Shown: positions 29,718 through 40,404 of the stretch, one piece after another
Layout: the number at the start of each line of letters is the position of its first letter
Numbering within the stretch: the stretch's first letter is position 1
Source of the DNA: Candidatus Peregrinibacteria bacterium
Lineage (GTDB): Bacteria > Patescibacteriota > Gracilibacteria > UBA1369 > LOWO2-01-FULL-3
Assembly (NCBI GenBank): GCA_018654255.1
Contig: JABILX010000003.1
Location: forward strand, 13,030 to 77,029
Reading direction: 5' to 3'
DNA length: 64,000 bases
The notes under the pieces: model-generated
What the model saw: the letters and a program-made list of their open reading frames with translations, nothing else
The model's database searches: none
What the model was told of the DNA's origin: nothing
Made by a program: the position numbers and the translations under genes

Positions 29718-31024
29718 CTCACAAACGAGACTTTTTCTCCCAACCCTTCAGACACAAAGCTCAAAACAATCGCCACAAAAGACGAGAGCATAATTAGCGG
29801 AATAAAAGGCAAAACAAATATATTCGCCAAAGGACAAATCAGAGAGAACCTCCCAAAACTCCTCAAAATCACAGGCAGAGCAAAAGTCTGAGCTGACAAA
29901 GTCATTATCAGATTTTCCCGTACAGCAAACATCACAGGCACCCGCGACAATGCACGCCCAAAAACACCTCCAGCCTTCTCAATCACAGGAGAAACATAAA
30001 TCAAACCCAGTGTCGCCAAAAACGACAACTGAAATCCAACATCATATGGCCCCACTTTGGGATTCCACAAATTCATAAAAAAAGCCGTCAAAACCACAGC
30101 ATACCCAACTTGATTCTGCCTTCCAAAATAAAGAGCAAAAAGCCCAATCACTCCCATTATCCCAGCCCTCACAACGGCGCTTGACGCGCCTACCAAAACC
30201 ACAAACACAAAAACAAAGAGGCTCGCCACAACAACGCGCGCCCTCCGCCCCAAAAAACCAAACATCCCAAACACAACCAAAATCACCAAGGTAATATTAT
30301 AGCCAGAAATCGCAACAATATGAGTCAATCCAGTCTCATTGAAATCCAAAGTCAATTCCTCAGGAATCCCCTTCCTCACTCCCAGAAGGAGACCTGCAAC
30401 CATACTTCCATGAGGCTCCGAATAAATCCGTGAAACCTTCTCCTCAAATTTTCCCTTCAAATCATAAATCCCCTCAAAAAACAAAGAACCACACCCATCC
30501 CCCACCTTCATCACCCGAGCATTATTCACCATCGAATAAATTCCATATCTCTCCAAATACTTCCCATAATCAAAATCATCAATTTTCTCAGCACGCACAG
30601 GCCCTCCAACCACAGACAAAACATCCCCATATTCATAAACCGGATACTTCGCCGCATTGACCAACAACTTCCCACCATACACACGCCCCTCCTCCCCAGA
30701 GATAACCACCTCCGTCAAAGTATATTTCACCCGATCAGCCCTCACATCAACCTCACCAGAAACACATCCCGTCATCGAAAACTCCCCAGTTCCGTTCAAG
30801 ACGGACACATCATCACCAAAAGAGATTTCTGCTAACAAAAACCGTCCAACCCCAAAACACACCCCAAGCATAATCACCAACAAAATCTTCAACCCAACCA
30901 CCACTCCTTTCCGAACAAAAACCCAAACTACCAAACCAAGAAACACGACCCCAATCATCACATCCTGCGCCGCAAAAAACACCCCTATCAAAAAACCTAT
31001 CATGAAAAATATCACCATAACCAA
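29651..31024 (-). CDS. comEC: ComEC/Rec2 family competence membrane protein
   Basis: Polytopic membrane protein with the competence-domain block GLTHIVAISGYNITLV. Confidence 0.75.
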   Translation of the reverse strand: MVMVIFFMIGFLIGVFFAAQDVMIGVVFLGLVVWVFVRKGVVVGLKILLVIMLGVCFGVGRFLLAEISFGDDVSVLNGTGEFSMTGCVSGEVDVRADRVKYTLTEVVISGEEGRVYGGKLLVNAAKYPVYEYGDVLSVVGGPVRAEKIDDFDYGKYLERYGIYSMVNNARVMKVGDGCGSLFFEGIYDLKGKFEEKVSRIYSEPHGSMVAGLLLGVRKGIPEELTLDFNETGLTHIVAISGYNITLVILVVFGMFGFLGRRARVVVASLFVFVFVVLVGASSAVVRAGIMGVIGLFALYFGRQNQVGYAVVLTAFFMNLWNPKVGPYDVGFQLSFLATLGLIYVSPVIEKAGGVFGRALSRVPVMFAVRENLIMTLSAQTFALPVILRSFGRFSLICPLANIFVLPFIPLIMLSSFVAIVLSFVSEGLGEKVSFVSYFLLEIVFFLVRVFAELSRTL

Positions 31025-31067
31025 AAACTACAGCACCAACCTTAAATAAAACTTAAATTTTTCTAAA

Positions 31068-32150
31068 TTATTCCACAACTTCGGGTTCCACCACCTCAGG
31101 CTCCACCTCAGGCTCCACAACCTCCAAGTCGCCCCCAAGGTCACCAAGTTCCTCCTGCTTCGTCTCAACAGTGTCCATAGGCTGAATTTCATCTATACCA
31201 CCCATAATACCAGACTCAAAAAACGCACCAAAGAAAGCCGCAAGATCAAAAACCTCATATTCTAGAGGAGTATCAACAGTGAAAGGCTTGTTAATATTAG
31301 AAACAACAATCTCAATGTCCGCTTCAATCTCATCTCCAGAAGCAACATCTCGAGCAAAAGCATCTCCATCAATCTTTACCAGGGCCCCAGACAGAGGATC
31401 CACCCAAACATCGCCATCAAAATTAATAGAACCAAACAAATTCATAAAACCAGAAGCATAATCAGAATCAAACTCTTCTCCAGAAAGTTCAGCACATTTT
31501 TTCTGATACGCCAAAATTCCAGCAGGATTAAGCTCCACACTGTAACGATAAGCTTCATACTCACCAACAGTCTCTGTTCCTTCGAAATTAATACCTGTGA
31601 AAAACTCAGCGACCAAAAGCTCTTCTCTCTTTTGTCTATCTAATGGATCAAGATCCTCAACAGGAGTCCCAACAATACCTTTCACATAACCTGCAGCCAT
31701 AGATTCTTCAGTTCCAGACTCAAGCTTCCACCAAGGCCCAACCAAATCAGAAAACAAAGCCACGGGGAAATTTGGAATCTCAGGCATATCAAGAAGTCTA
31801 ACAAAAGCTCCATCTTCAGTTTCCCTCAAATAAACATCAGCACGATAATTTTCACCAGCAGCCTCTATCTTCGCAACAACATTAATCTCAATACCTTCAT
31901 TCTCAGAATCATAATAACTATAAGATCCATTCAAAGACGCCTCAACTTCTCCACCACCATTTCCAGATTGACTAATAGCCAGATCAGACTCAAACCGCAA
32001 AGATTCCGCTCCAAACAGATTAAAAACAGACTTCTGCAAAAAAGCTGAAGAGTCACTCACAGGATCCTCTTCCCCACAACCAGACAAACCAACCAACACA
32101 AGAACTACAATTAACCCCGAAACAAAAAGAGATTTACGATTTTTATTCAT
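31068..32150 (-). CDS. hypothetical lipoprotein
   Basis: Signal peptide plus lipobox (VLVGLSGC) and an acidic C-terminal EPEV repeat tail. Confidence 0.5.
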   Translation of the reverse strand: MNKNRKSLFVSGLIVVLVLVGLSGCGEEDPVSDSSAFLQKSVFNLFGAESLRFESDLAISQSGNGGGEVEASLNGSYSYYDSENEGIEINVVAKIEAAGENYRADVYLRETEDGAFVRLLDMPEIPNFPVALFSDLVGPWWKLESGTEESMAAGYVKGIVGTPVEDLDPLDRQKREELLVAEFFTGINFEGTETVGEYEAYRYSVELNPAGILAYQKKCAELSGEEFDSDYASGFMNLFGSINFDGDVWVDPLSGALVKIDGDAFARDVASGDEIEADIEIVVSNINKPFTVDTPLEYEVFDLAAFFGAFFESGIMGGIDEIQPMDTVETKQEELGDLGGDLEVVEPEVEPEVVEPEVVE

Positions 32151-32239
32151 ACAATTTTGTTAAAATATAAGTCGCGCTTCGGTCGCGCTGCTTCGCATTA
32201 TAAATTGCATATTACTTTTTTTAAAGTAAAATACTTCCG

Positions 32240-33664
32240 ATGCAGATTAGAAGAATAAAAAACAAGGGAGTAAACATCTCGATAATCCTCTCCCTAACAA
32301 TCATAGTCATACTTGTAACACTGATAATAAAAGTGCTTTTAAGCATCGATTTCAATGCGCTTATGCTCGCTGCAGGCGAAACACTGGAAAAAGACGAATT
32401 CAACCAAACAAATTTCCTAATTATAGGAACAGGAACAGACGATCACGATGGTGCAGACCTGACAGACACAATAATAGTAGCCAGCCTCGACCACAATCTC
32501 GACGTAGTCACGATGGTTTCTATACCAAGAGACCTACATATCGACGATGATTTATTGCAAGTCCCAAGAATCAACGAAATCTTTTATTACGCAAAAGAAC
32601 ATTTTGGCAATGAAAAAGAAGGTTTAGACTTCTTGGTCAAAAAAGTCGAAGAATCAACAGGTCTACCAATCCATTACCACGTCAAAATTGACTTCAAAGG
32701 ATTCACAGAGATCATAGATGCAATCGGAGGCATAGACATCGATGTACCAGAAGCAATATACGACCCATTCTATCCAAAAGCAGAAACAATATCTTACGAA
32801 TTATTCCAAGTATCAAAAGGACTTCAACACATGGATGGCGCAACAGCCCTCAAATATGCACGAAGTCGTAAAACAACCTCAGACTTCGACAGATCAAAAC
32901 GCCAACAACAAATAATATACGCATTGAAAGAAAAAGCTCTCCAAACACGCCTAATCCTCGACACAGACAAATTAAAAGAACTTCTAAACACAGTAAACGA
33001 CAACATAGAAACAAACCTAAACATCAGAGAAATGCTCACACTAGGAGCACTCGCAGACAACTTCTCCCAAGAGAAAGTCTTGAGTTTTCAAATCCACGAC
33101 GATCCAGTTCAATGCGGAGGATTCCTTTATGCTCCTCCCATACAACAGACCGGCGGAGCTTTCGTCCTTGAACCTGCAGGAGGAATCGAATACCTCCAAA
33201 AATATTTTGATTTGATAACAAAACACCAACCAGCATTCCACGAAAATCTCAAAATCCAAGTCCTCAACGGCACACCAGCCGCAGGAATCGCAGCAGAAAA
33301 CAAACAAGTCTTCCAAAGATACTGCATGGATGTAGAAAGATTCGGGAACGCAAGATCTCAAAACATCAAACAAACAACAATTTACTACAACCCAATTCCC
33401 CTACCAAAAAAAGAACCCACCGAAGAAACAAAATACTACACTCCCTTCACAATAGAGCTAATAAAAGAAATTATTCCCGAAGCAGTAACTTCAGAAACAT
33501 TCCCACAAGAATACATCGACCAAGGATATGACAAACTCTCAGACATAATCGTAGAAATCGGGGAAGATTACATCGACTCAGATCACTACTTGGAAGACAG
33601 CTTCTACCCTTTGTACGAAATAATTTACGCAGAACCAACCCTAGAACCAACTACAGATGAATAA
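32240..33664 (+). CDS. LytR-CpsA-Psr (LCP) family protein
   Basis: N-terminal TM, then the LCP core (GADLTDTIIVASLD...VSIPRDL, ALKYARSRK). Confidence 0.8.
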   Translation: MQIRRIKNKGVNISIILSLTIIVILVTLIIKVLLSIDFNALMLAAGETLEKDEFNQTNFLIIGTGTDDHDGADLTDTIIVASLDHNLDVVTMVSIPRDLHIDDDLLQVPRINEIFYYAKEHFGNEKEGLDFLVKKVEESTGLPIHYHVKIDFKGFTEIIDAIGGIDIDVPEAIYDPFYPKAETISYELFQVSKGLQHMDGATALKYARSRKTTSDFDRSKRQQQIIYALKEKALQTRLILDTDKLKELLNTVNDNIETNLNIREMLTLGALADNFSQEKVLSFQIHDDPVQCGGFLYAPPIQQTGGAFVLEPAGGIEYLQKYFDLITKHQPAFHENLKIQVLNGTPAAGIAAENKQVFQRYCMDVERFGNARSQNIKQTTIYYNPIPLPKKEPTEETKYYTPFTIELIKEIIPEAVTSETFPQEYIDQGYDKLSDIIVEIGEDYIDSDHYLEDSFYPLYEIIYAEPTLEPTTDE

Positions 33665-34385
33665 TCAGGACCATTTCGTTCGCCTCAACGCTTTCATTTC
33701 TCAAAGTGGCATCACAAGTCGCAGAAAAGCAGACGATCTTATTAGTGCAGGCAAGATAAAAGTGAACGGCAAAACGATCACAGAACTGGGAACAAAAATC
33801 GACCCAATAAAAGACAAAATAGAATTCGAAAACAAACAGATAACTCCACCAAAACACCTCACCTACCTCGCAATCTACAAACCAAAAGGAATCATTAGCA
33901 CTCTCCACGACGAAGAGAACAGACCATGTATGAAAGACTTAATCCCACCAAATCTAGAAAGTAAAAACCTACGACCAGTAGGCCGTTTGGACAAAGACAG
34001 TGAAGGACTAATGCTCCTAACTGACGACAATCAATTCATAAACGAACTTACCCACCCAAAATTTGAAAAAGAAAAAGAATACCTGGTCAAAATCAACAAA
34101 CCACTAAAATTAAGCCAGAGAAATCAATTAGAAGAAGGCATAATAATAGAAACAGAGGAAGGCGCATTCAAAACACGCCCATGCCGCATCCACCTTTCAC
34201 CAAGCCACCTCCACATAACATTAAAAGAAGGACGCAAACGGCAAATCAGAAAAATGTTTCAACAATTAGACATCACTGTAATATACTTACAAAGAATGAG
34301 AATCGGAAAACTCGTACTAGGAAAACCACCGATTGAAAATCTCACGCCTGGACAAGGAATATTAATAAACAAAAATGCTATCTAG
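33657..34385 (+). CDS. pseudouridine synthase, RsuA/RluB family
   Basis: S4 domain (RLNAFISQSGITSRRKADDLISAGKIKVNG) and the catalytic GRLDKDSEGLMLLT block. Confidence 0.85.
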   Translation: MNNQDHFVRLNAFISQSGITSRRKADDLISAGKIKVNGKTITELGTKIDPIKDKIEFENKQITPPKHLTYLAIYKPKGIISTLHDEENRPCMKDLIPPNLESKNLRPVGRLDKDSEGLMLLTDDNQFINELTHPKFEKEKEYLVKINKPLKLSQRNQLEEGIIIETEEGAFKTRPCRIHLSPSHLHITLKEGRKRQIRKMFQQLDITVIYLQRMRIGKLVLGKPPIENLTPGQGILINKNAI

Positions 34386-35286
34386 CTTAATCAGTTTTTA
34401 CATCACCGCAGCGCTACAACCACTCCTCCCTCTCCCAACAAACGAAAACATCCCAATCATCGAAGAGGCCAGCATTAACATAGGCAAACTAGATTTCCTA
34501 GACTTACTTTCAGTCAGCCCAATTCCGATCAAAAAAGACGGCTACATTTCACCAGTGATCAACGCCCATTCATCAGTAGCAATCGACAACCAAACCGGAG
34601 AAATCTTATTCGAAAAAGACCTCCACACAAAACGACAAATCGCTTCGATTACAAAACTAATGACAGCGATAATCATATTGGAAGAAAACGACCTCGACTC
34701 AATAGTAACAGTCTCTCCAGAGGTAAAATACGCAGACGGATCAGAGATGTTCCTTCACACAGGAGAACAAATAACTGTCGAGAACCTCATGTATGGACTC
34801 ATAATAAACTCAGCAAACGATGCAGCAGTAGCACTCGCAGAATTCAACGCAGGATCAGTCGAAGCTTTCGTAGAAAAGATGAACAAAAAAGCTTTATCAC
34901 TTGGGCTACTCGACACTCATTTCCAAAACCCAATCGGATACGACAACTCACACAATTATTCAAGTGCATACGACGTCGCTATAATGGCCAGATACGTATA
35001 CCAAAAACCTTTCGTCAAAAAAGCAGCAGCTATAAAAGAACTTGAAGTAACATCGGTAGACAACGCCTACACTCACAAACTCGAATCAACAAACGAACTT
35101 CTAGACAGCTACCTAAACATCAAGGGTCTAAAGACAGGACACACCGACCAAGCAGGCTTATGCTTGGTAGCCATTGCCGAGAACGAAAACCAAAACGATA
35201 TCATCTCCGTAGTACTAAACAGCCCAGCACGATTCACCGAGAGCAAAATACTAATTGACTGGATATTTCGCGCCTACATCTGGTAA
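34375..35286 (+). CDS. D-alanyl-D-alanine carboxypeptidase (peptidase S11)
   Basis: SxxK (SITKLMT), SxN (NSAND) and KTG (LKTGHT) motifs are present in the correct order. Confidence 0.8.
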   Translation: MLSSLISFYITAALQPLLPLPTNENIPIIEEASINIGKLDFLDLLSVSPIPIKKDGYISPVINAHSSVAIDNQTGEILFEKDLHTKRQIASITKLMTAIIILEENDLDSIVTVSPEVKYADGSEMFLHTGEQITVENLMYGLIINSANDAAVALAEFNAGSVEAFVEKMNKKALSLGLLDTHFQNPIGYDNSHNYSSAYDVAIMARYVYQKPFVKKAAAIKELEVTSVDNAYTHKLESTNELLDSYLNIKGLKTGHTDQAGLCLVAIAENENQNDIISVVLNSPARFTESKILIDWIFRAYIW

Positions 35287-35311
35287 CATACCAACCACTT
35301 AATTTTTTTGT

Positions 35312-36355
35312 ATGCATGAATTCACAAAAGATCTAATTCTAATACTAGGATCATCATTCCTGGCATTCCTAATAACATTTATTGCAGTCAAACCATTTAC
35401 AAATTTCCTCATCAATCACAAGATAGGAAAACAGATCCGAGAAAACGCATTAACAGGAGAAAAATCATCAGTATTCTCAGCACTACACGCAAAGAAATCA
35501 GGAACCCCAACGATGGGAGGAATCATCATATGGGGATCTGCTCTATTCGTAATTCTCTTATCAAGATTAGCTTCAGCAATGGGATTTTTCGACAGATCAT
35601 TACTAAACAGAAAAGAAACCTGGATCCCAATATTCACAATGGTCGCAGTAGGAATGTTGGGTGCATTAGACGATTATTTGAACATCAAAGGAATTGGCAA
35701 AACAAAAGGATTAAGCGCATCTTTCAAACTCATATGGCTCACTATATTCGGTGGTGTTGGAGCATACTGGTTCTTTGAGAAACTAGGCTTCGATTCAATA
35801 AACATCCCCATGATCGGAGACGTAACAATCGGATGGTGGTATATCCCGCTTTTCATATTCATCATTGTCGCAACTTCAAATTCAGTAAATTTAACAGACG
35901 GTCTAGACGGACTCGCCTCAGGACTTTTGATACTAGCATTCGGCGCATTTGGTATAATCGCATATATCCAAGGACTTCTAATACTATCTGCATTCTGCGG
36001 AGTCATCGTAGGGTCTACAGCAGCCTTCCTTTGGTTCAACATCCCTCCAGCACTCTTCTACATGGGAGACACTGGAGCACTGAGCCTGGGAGCAACACTA
36101 GGGGTTATCGCAATGCTAACAGACCAAGTATTAGTACTTCCATTTATTGGATTCATATTTGTAATTGAAACACTTTCTTGCATCATTCAAATCACATCAA
36201 AAAAACTCTTCAAAAGAAAAGTCTTCCGCATCGCTCCAATCCATCATCACTTTGAAGCAAAAGGCTGGCCAGAATCAAAAGTAGTCATGCGATTCTGGAT
36301 AATCGGAGGATTCGCAACAGGCCTTGGATTGATACTTAGCTTGCTGACACTCTAA
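35312..36355 (+). CDS. mraY: phospho-N-acetylmuramoyl-pentapeptide transferase
   Basis: Polytopic protein with NSVNLTDGLDGLA and PIHHHFE motifs. Confidence 0.9.
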   Translation: MHEFTKDLILILGSSFLAFLITFIAVKPFTNFLINHKIGKQIRENALTGEKSSVFSALHAKKSGTPTMGGIIIWGSALFVILLSRLASAMGFFDRSLLNRKETWIPIFTMVAVGMLGALDDYLNIKGIGKTKGLSASFKLIWLTIFGGVGAYWFFEKLGFDSINIPMIGDVTIGWWYIPLFIFIIVATSNSVNLTDGLDGLASGLLILAFGAFGIIAYIQGLLILSAFCGVIVGSTAAFLWFNIPPALFYMGDTGALSLGATLGVIAMLTDQVLVLPFIGFIFVIETLSCIIQITSKKLFKRKVFRIAPIHHHFEAKGWPESKVVMRFWIIGGFATGLGLILSLLTL

Positions 36356-36490
36356 AGAGAAAAAAAGAAGATGAGAAATGTTCTGCTACTTTTTTCGTTC
36401 TCATGAGAACGAAAAACTGAATCATAGAACATGTTCTATGGTTCAGCTTAGTAGCAATATTTCGAAGGTTCTTTTCTCCTCCTCAAACAT
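36356..36490. repeat. nested palindromic element, family A, copy 2 (between convergent genes)
   Basis: Layout is GCTACTTTTTTC, hairpin TTTTCGTTCTCATGAGAACGAAAA (36392-36415), CTGA, hairpin CTGAATCATAGAACATGTTCTATGGTTCAG (36417-36446), then TTAGTAGC. The flanks AGAGAAAAAAAGAAG / GGTTCTTTTCTCCTCC are inverted. Confidence 0.6.
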
Positions 36491-36542
36491 GTTGAATGAT
36501 TCAGCTAAGTAACCAACATTTACGAGAATTCTCTTCCTAAAC

Positions 36543-38315
36543 CTATCTAGTCAAATCCAAAAGTGGATCCAAAATTTTCATATCATCACCTGATCCAGTA
36601 ACAGGAACGCCGTAATCCGAAGTTTGTTGAACCGGAGCCGCAACCCCAGTAGACACAGTATCCACAGCCACATCAATCTCACCAGCGGCAACTTCATCGT
36701 TAATTGCCTCCATCATATCACTAGCAGCCTCCTCAACTGCCGCAAATTTCTCATCAACCTCGACATCATCTGCAACATCTTCCACAGCATCCCCCACGTC
36801 TTCCGTCGCAGCATAATAATCGTCCATAGCTTCCTGAGCTAATTCATCCTCACCAACTTCAGACAAGTCCTGGAACTCAGACAATTTTGAAGCAGCTTGT
36901 CTGCTCTTGATCAAAGCCATCTCAGAGTCCGTCTCAGCAGAAGCTTGTTCAGCAACATTCATATATTCCTTTGCTGTATACAGAGGAGAAGTCGGCAAAA
37001 TAGATTTTAAATATTTCTTTGTTTTCTTAATCTCACTATCAAGATACACCTTCAATTCATTAGCATATTCATCATCTCCATTAATTCTCACATTCTCAAT
37101 CATCGCTCTCAAACTCTCAACCTCAGAAACATACTGATCAAAAACACCTTCTGCCTCACCCTGATCAACCCCACCTTCATTCATCATAACTCCCCATTCA
37201 ACAAAATGTCTTTGAGAAACTTCAAAATCCAATTTCTGTTTAGAAATATCATCGAATGTAAGAAGTCTAACAACTCCAGTCTTAATTGATTTAAACGGAT
37301 AAAGTCCACTCTCTGGTAAAGAACCAATAGAGTCCTTCAATTCCTCAGAAGCCTCAGCATCTATTTTTGCAATATGAACCTTGTCGTTCTCTAGATTTTC
37401 CTGGACCCACTTATCACCTACCTCAGAAGATTCAGCCAAAACAAAATCATTATCCTGAGAGCTAACTTCGGCCTTCTGACCTTTCTTCACTTTCACAACC
37501 TCAGAACCTTCATTACTAGTCTTCATCTCAACAACATTACTATAAACCTCAATAACCGACTGATCGTCGTCCCTGTGAACATTGAAAGCAGCTTTCTTGG
37601 CAGTAGCCTGCACATCCCCAGCCTTCACAACAAAAGAGTCACCATCTTCAAAAAGATTGAAAACTCTAGTCCACATATCACCATGCGCAATTTCAACTTC
37701 AACATTGGTAACCACGGTCCCTCCAGAATCTTCGAACAATTTTGAGAGAGATATCTCTGATCCCTCCTTCAAGCGAGCAACACTATCATCAAGGAATTTT
37801 ATACTAACCCATCCATCTTCACCAGTGTACACTCTATCCCCTTCCTCAAGCTTCATTTCACCATACGCCATATATTGATCACCATCTCTATCGACATAAA
37901 CCTCTCCACGCATATCTTCTATAACTGTAAAACTATCCGCAGAAGCAACATTCAAACTACCACCAGCAAAATTAAAAAGTCCCATAAACATCGCAAACGC
38001 TAAAAAAGCGCCAACGAATCTTTTAGTTAGACCCAAGGCGCTTGAAAATGAAAATCTGTTCTGTTTAGCTGTTTCAATATAAGAGATGATTCTTTCCTTC
38101 ATACAAACCCTCTGATAATCCGTCAGCCAAACATCACGAGCAACATCTTTTATGAGCCTCGACACCCCACGTTCTTGCTTGAAAGATTCACTTTGAGAAG
38201 TTGAAGAAATCTTATGCATAATACGATTTTTCATCACTTCCTTCCGCTCCAAACTCAAAACAGGCTTATCCAAGCCATGAATCCAATCCTCTATTTCATT
38301 AATTTTATCTTTCAT
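36543..38315 (-). CDS. anti-sigma-like membrane protein with FecR domain
   Basis: Downstream of the ECF sigma gene. It has one TM (FVGAFLAFAMFMGLF) and a FecR-like block (GEMKLEEGDRVYTGEDGWVSIKFLDDSVARLKEGSEISL). Confidence 0.6.
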   Translation of the reverse strand: MKDKINEIEDWIHGLDKPVLSLERKEVMKNRIMHKISSTSQSESFKQERGVSRLIKDVARDVWLTDYQRVCMKERIISYIETAKQNRFSFSSALGLTKRFVGAFLAFAMFMGLFNFAGGSLNVASADSFTVIEDMRGEVYVDRDGDQYMAYGEMKLEEGDRVYTGEDGWVSIKFLDDSVARLKEGSEISLSKLFEDSGGTVVTNVEVEIAHGDMWTRVFNLFEDGDSFVVKAGDVQATAKKAAFNVHRDDDQSVIEVYSNVVEMKTSNEGSEVVKVKKGQKAEVSSQDNDFVLAESSEVGDKWVQENLENDKVHIAKIDAEASEELKDSIGSLPESGLYPFKSIKTGVVRLLTFDDISKQKLDFEVSQRHFVEWGVMMNEGGVDQGEAEGVFDQYVSEVESLRAMIENVRINGDDEYANELKVYLDSEIKKTKKYLKSILPTSPLYTAKEYMNVAEQASAETDSEMALIKSRQAASKLSEFQDLSEVGEDELAQEAMDDYYAATEDVGDAVEDVADDVEVDEKFAAVEEAASDMMEAINDEVAAGEIDVAVDTVSTGVAAPVQQTSDYGVPVTGSGDDMKILDPLLDLTR

Positions 38316-38349
38316 TTCAACTACTTTAACGGGGAATTAATAGGTTTTG

Positions 38350-38946
38350 TTACACTTCATCTAATCCAATTTCAGTAAGTTCGTACTTCAGAGCCTTCAA
38401 AGCCCTAAATTGCAAAATCCTCACACTGCCTTCACTTTTGTTCAAAATCTTTGCGATTTCTTCATTAGAAAGCTCATTTATGAACTTCAAAATAACTATC
38501 TGCTTATAGTTCTTTTTCAATTTAGAAAGCGCAATTTTCAACTTGTCAGAATGCAAGCTGTTCTCAGTCATCTTGATAGGATTGTGCTCTCTTCTATATT
38601 CAGGAACATTCGGAGAAAGTTCAACAAACTCCTTATCTTTCTTGAATCTATAAGTATCAACTACCAAATTGTGAGCTATCCTGAAAATCCAAGCAGAAAA
38701 TCCTTTCTGAGCAGGTTTATACTGCTTTATCTTCTCCCAAGCCTTCAAAAAGACCTGTTCAGTCAAATCCTCAGCATCCGCCTTTGGAACCCGGAAATAT
38801 ATGTACCTATAAATAGAATTAACAAAAGTATCGTATATCGAAGCAAAAGCATCACTATCGCCTTTTTGCGCAAGGGAGACAAGCTCCTCTATTTCCTTTT
38901 TTTGCTCATCAGTTAGAGCCACTGTTATTAGGTTACAGGCTACCAC
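38350..38946 (-). CDS. ECF-type RNA polymerase sigma factor
   Basis: Region 2 (FVNSIYRYIYFRV...AEDLTEQVFLKAWE) and a region 4 HTH (LSNEEIAKILNKSEGSVRILQFRALKAL). Confidence 0.85.
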   Translation of the reverse strand: MVACNLITVALTDEQKKEIEELVSLAQKGDSDAFASIYDTFVNSIYRYIYFRVPKADAEDLTEQVFLKAWEKIKQYKPAQKGFSAWIFRIAHNLVVDTYRFKKDKEFVELSPNVPEYRREHNPIKMTENSLHSDKLKIALSKLKKNYKQIVILKFINELSNEEIAKILNKSEGSVRILQFRALKALKYELTEIGLDEV

Positions 38947-39047
38947 TTATACTACAAAAACGGGGTGTTTGTCAAACACCCAAACGATTATCAAGTTCTA
39001 ATACGGAATCTACAGGACTTCCATTACAGAAAATAACTTTACACATA

Positions 39048-39971
39048 TCAAATGAGATATTTTGAACACCTATCAACTTCCTCCTTACTTCCAATATAAA
39101 TTGGCGTTCTTTGGTCAATTTTCTCATAAGTTTTCTCGAGAATTCGTTTATAACCATCACTAGCCGCTCCCCCAGCCTTCTCCATAAGAAACGCCATTGG
39201 AGCACATTCAAAAATCAATCGTAACTTCCCATCAGGATACTTCGAATAAGGTGGATAAGAGAAAATTCCTTTTCCCTTGAGAAGAATCTGATTCACATCA
39301 GGAACCATCCCTCCAGAATATCTCAACGTGTACTCTGACCTAATCCAGAAAGTCACAAGATCCAAATACTTGAGATTCTCAGAACAAGCCCGCAAATTCC
39401 CAGGCGAAAACATCTTCCCTTCCCCAACCTTCAACTCACTCTTGCTCAAATAAAATTCATCCTCACCAAGAGTAAATTCATTCACCTCTCCATCAATCGC
39501 AAGAACAATAGTCGTCCTCGGCCCATAAACAGCAATCATTGATACCTCCAAATCATCTCCTTTCAAACCAACAAAACTCTTGTCTTGATTTGCATCCGAC
39601 CGCAACTTCAGATCATAAACACCAAAAATAGTCCCAACCGCCAAATTCACATCTATCAACGAAGACCCATCAAGAGGATCATAAGAAACTGCAAAATCCC
39701 CATCACCAAGCCAAATTTCATCAGGTTGTTCTTCAGACGCAATCAAACCAATCTGCTCGTTTTTCTCACATTCTTCCTGGATCAACTTGTCCGCAAGAAT
39801 ATCCAGCGCCATCTGTTCCTCACCATATTCATTGTTGGTACCAGCCTTGCAGGTCTCGGCTGTACTGATTCGTTCAGAGATAGCCTTCACAGATTCAGAA
39901 AGAGTCACAAGAACACTTTGAAGCTGTTCATCCTGAACCTTCTCCTGAAGAAAACTTTGTAATGTTTGCAT
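39048..39971 (-). CDS. fbp: fructose-1,6-bisphosphatase class I
   Basis: GEEQMALDILAD, DPLDGSSLIDVNLAVGTIFGVY and GKLRLIFECAPMAFLMEKAGG blocks. The likely start is MQTLQSF at 39971; the ORF track allows 40010. Confidence 0.85.
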   Translation of the reverse strand: MQTLQSFLQEKVQDEQLQSVLVTLSESVKAISERISTAETCKAGTNNEYGEEQMALDILADKLIQEECEKNEQIGLIASEEQPDEIWLGDGDFAVSYDPLDGSSLIDVNLAVGTIFGVYDLKLRSDANQDKSFVGLKGDDLEVSMIAVYGPRTTIVLAIDGEVNEFTLGEDEFYLSKSELKVGEGKMFSPGNLRACSENLKYLDLVTFWIRSEYTLRYSGGMVPDVNQILLKGKGIFSYPPYSKYPDGKLRLIFECAPMAFLMEKAGGAASDGYKRILEKTYEKIDQRTPIYIGSKEEVDRCSKYLI

Positions 39972-40037
39972 TGGAAATATTTTATTATACACAAAAAAAA
40001 TACCTTTCACTCAGAAGAAAGTCAAAGGAAGACACCC

Positions 40038-40403
40038 CTACCTACTCACCACAACTGTCTCACCATGAACAAAAGCGATCGCACCAGGTCTCACCATGTG
40101 AGAAACCTTTGAAGTATTTTTAATTGCATCAAGCGCACGAACCTTAGAAAGTTGCATATCTTTGATCTCGCGCTCCTTAACAAGACCTTGCTGTTCAGCA
40201 TCAAGCTTATTTAGCATATATCCCTTCGTCACCTCATTAGTCGCAAAAATCAAAGTAGTCATCGTCAACAAACAAACAAAAATAACCAACGAAACAATCA
40301 AGAAATAAGGACTCAACTCAAAATTCAAAAGCCTAGCTGGAATAATCCTCCTAAGAAGACTCTTTTGATACGACGCACCTCTTTCTAATACTAACTGTGA
40401 CAT
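40038..40403 (-). CDS. FtsL-like cell-division membrane protein
   Basis: 121 aa with a single TM followed by a coiled region, immediately downstream of rsmH as in dcw clusters. Confidence 0.5.
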   Translation of the reverse strand: MSQLVLERGASYQKSLLRRIIPARLLNFELSPYFLIVSLVIFVCLLTMTTLIFATNEVTKGYMLNKLDAEQQGLVKEREIKDMQLSKVRALDAIKNTSKVSHMVRPGAIAFVHGETVVVSR

Positions 40404-40404
40404 T

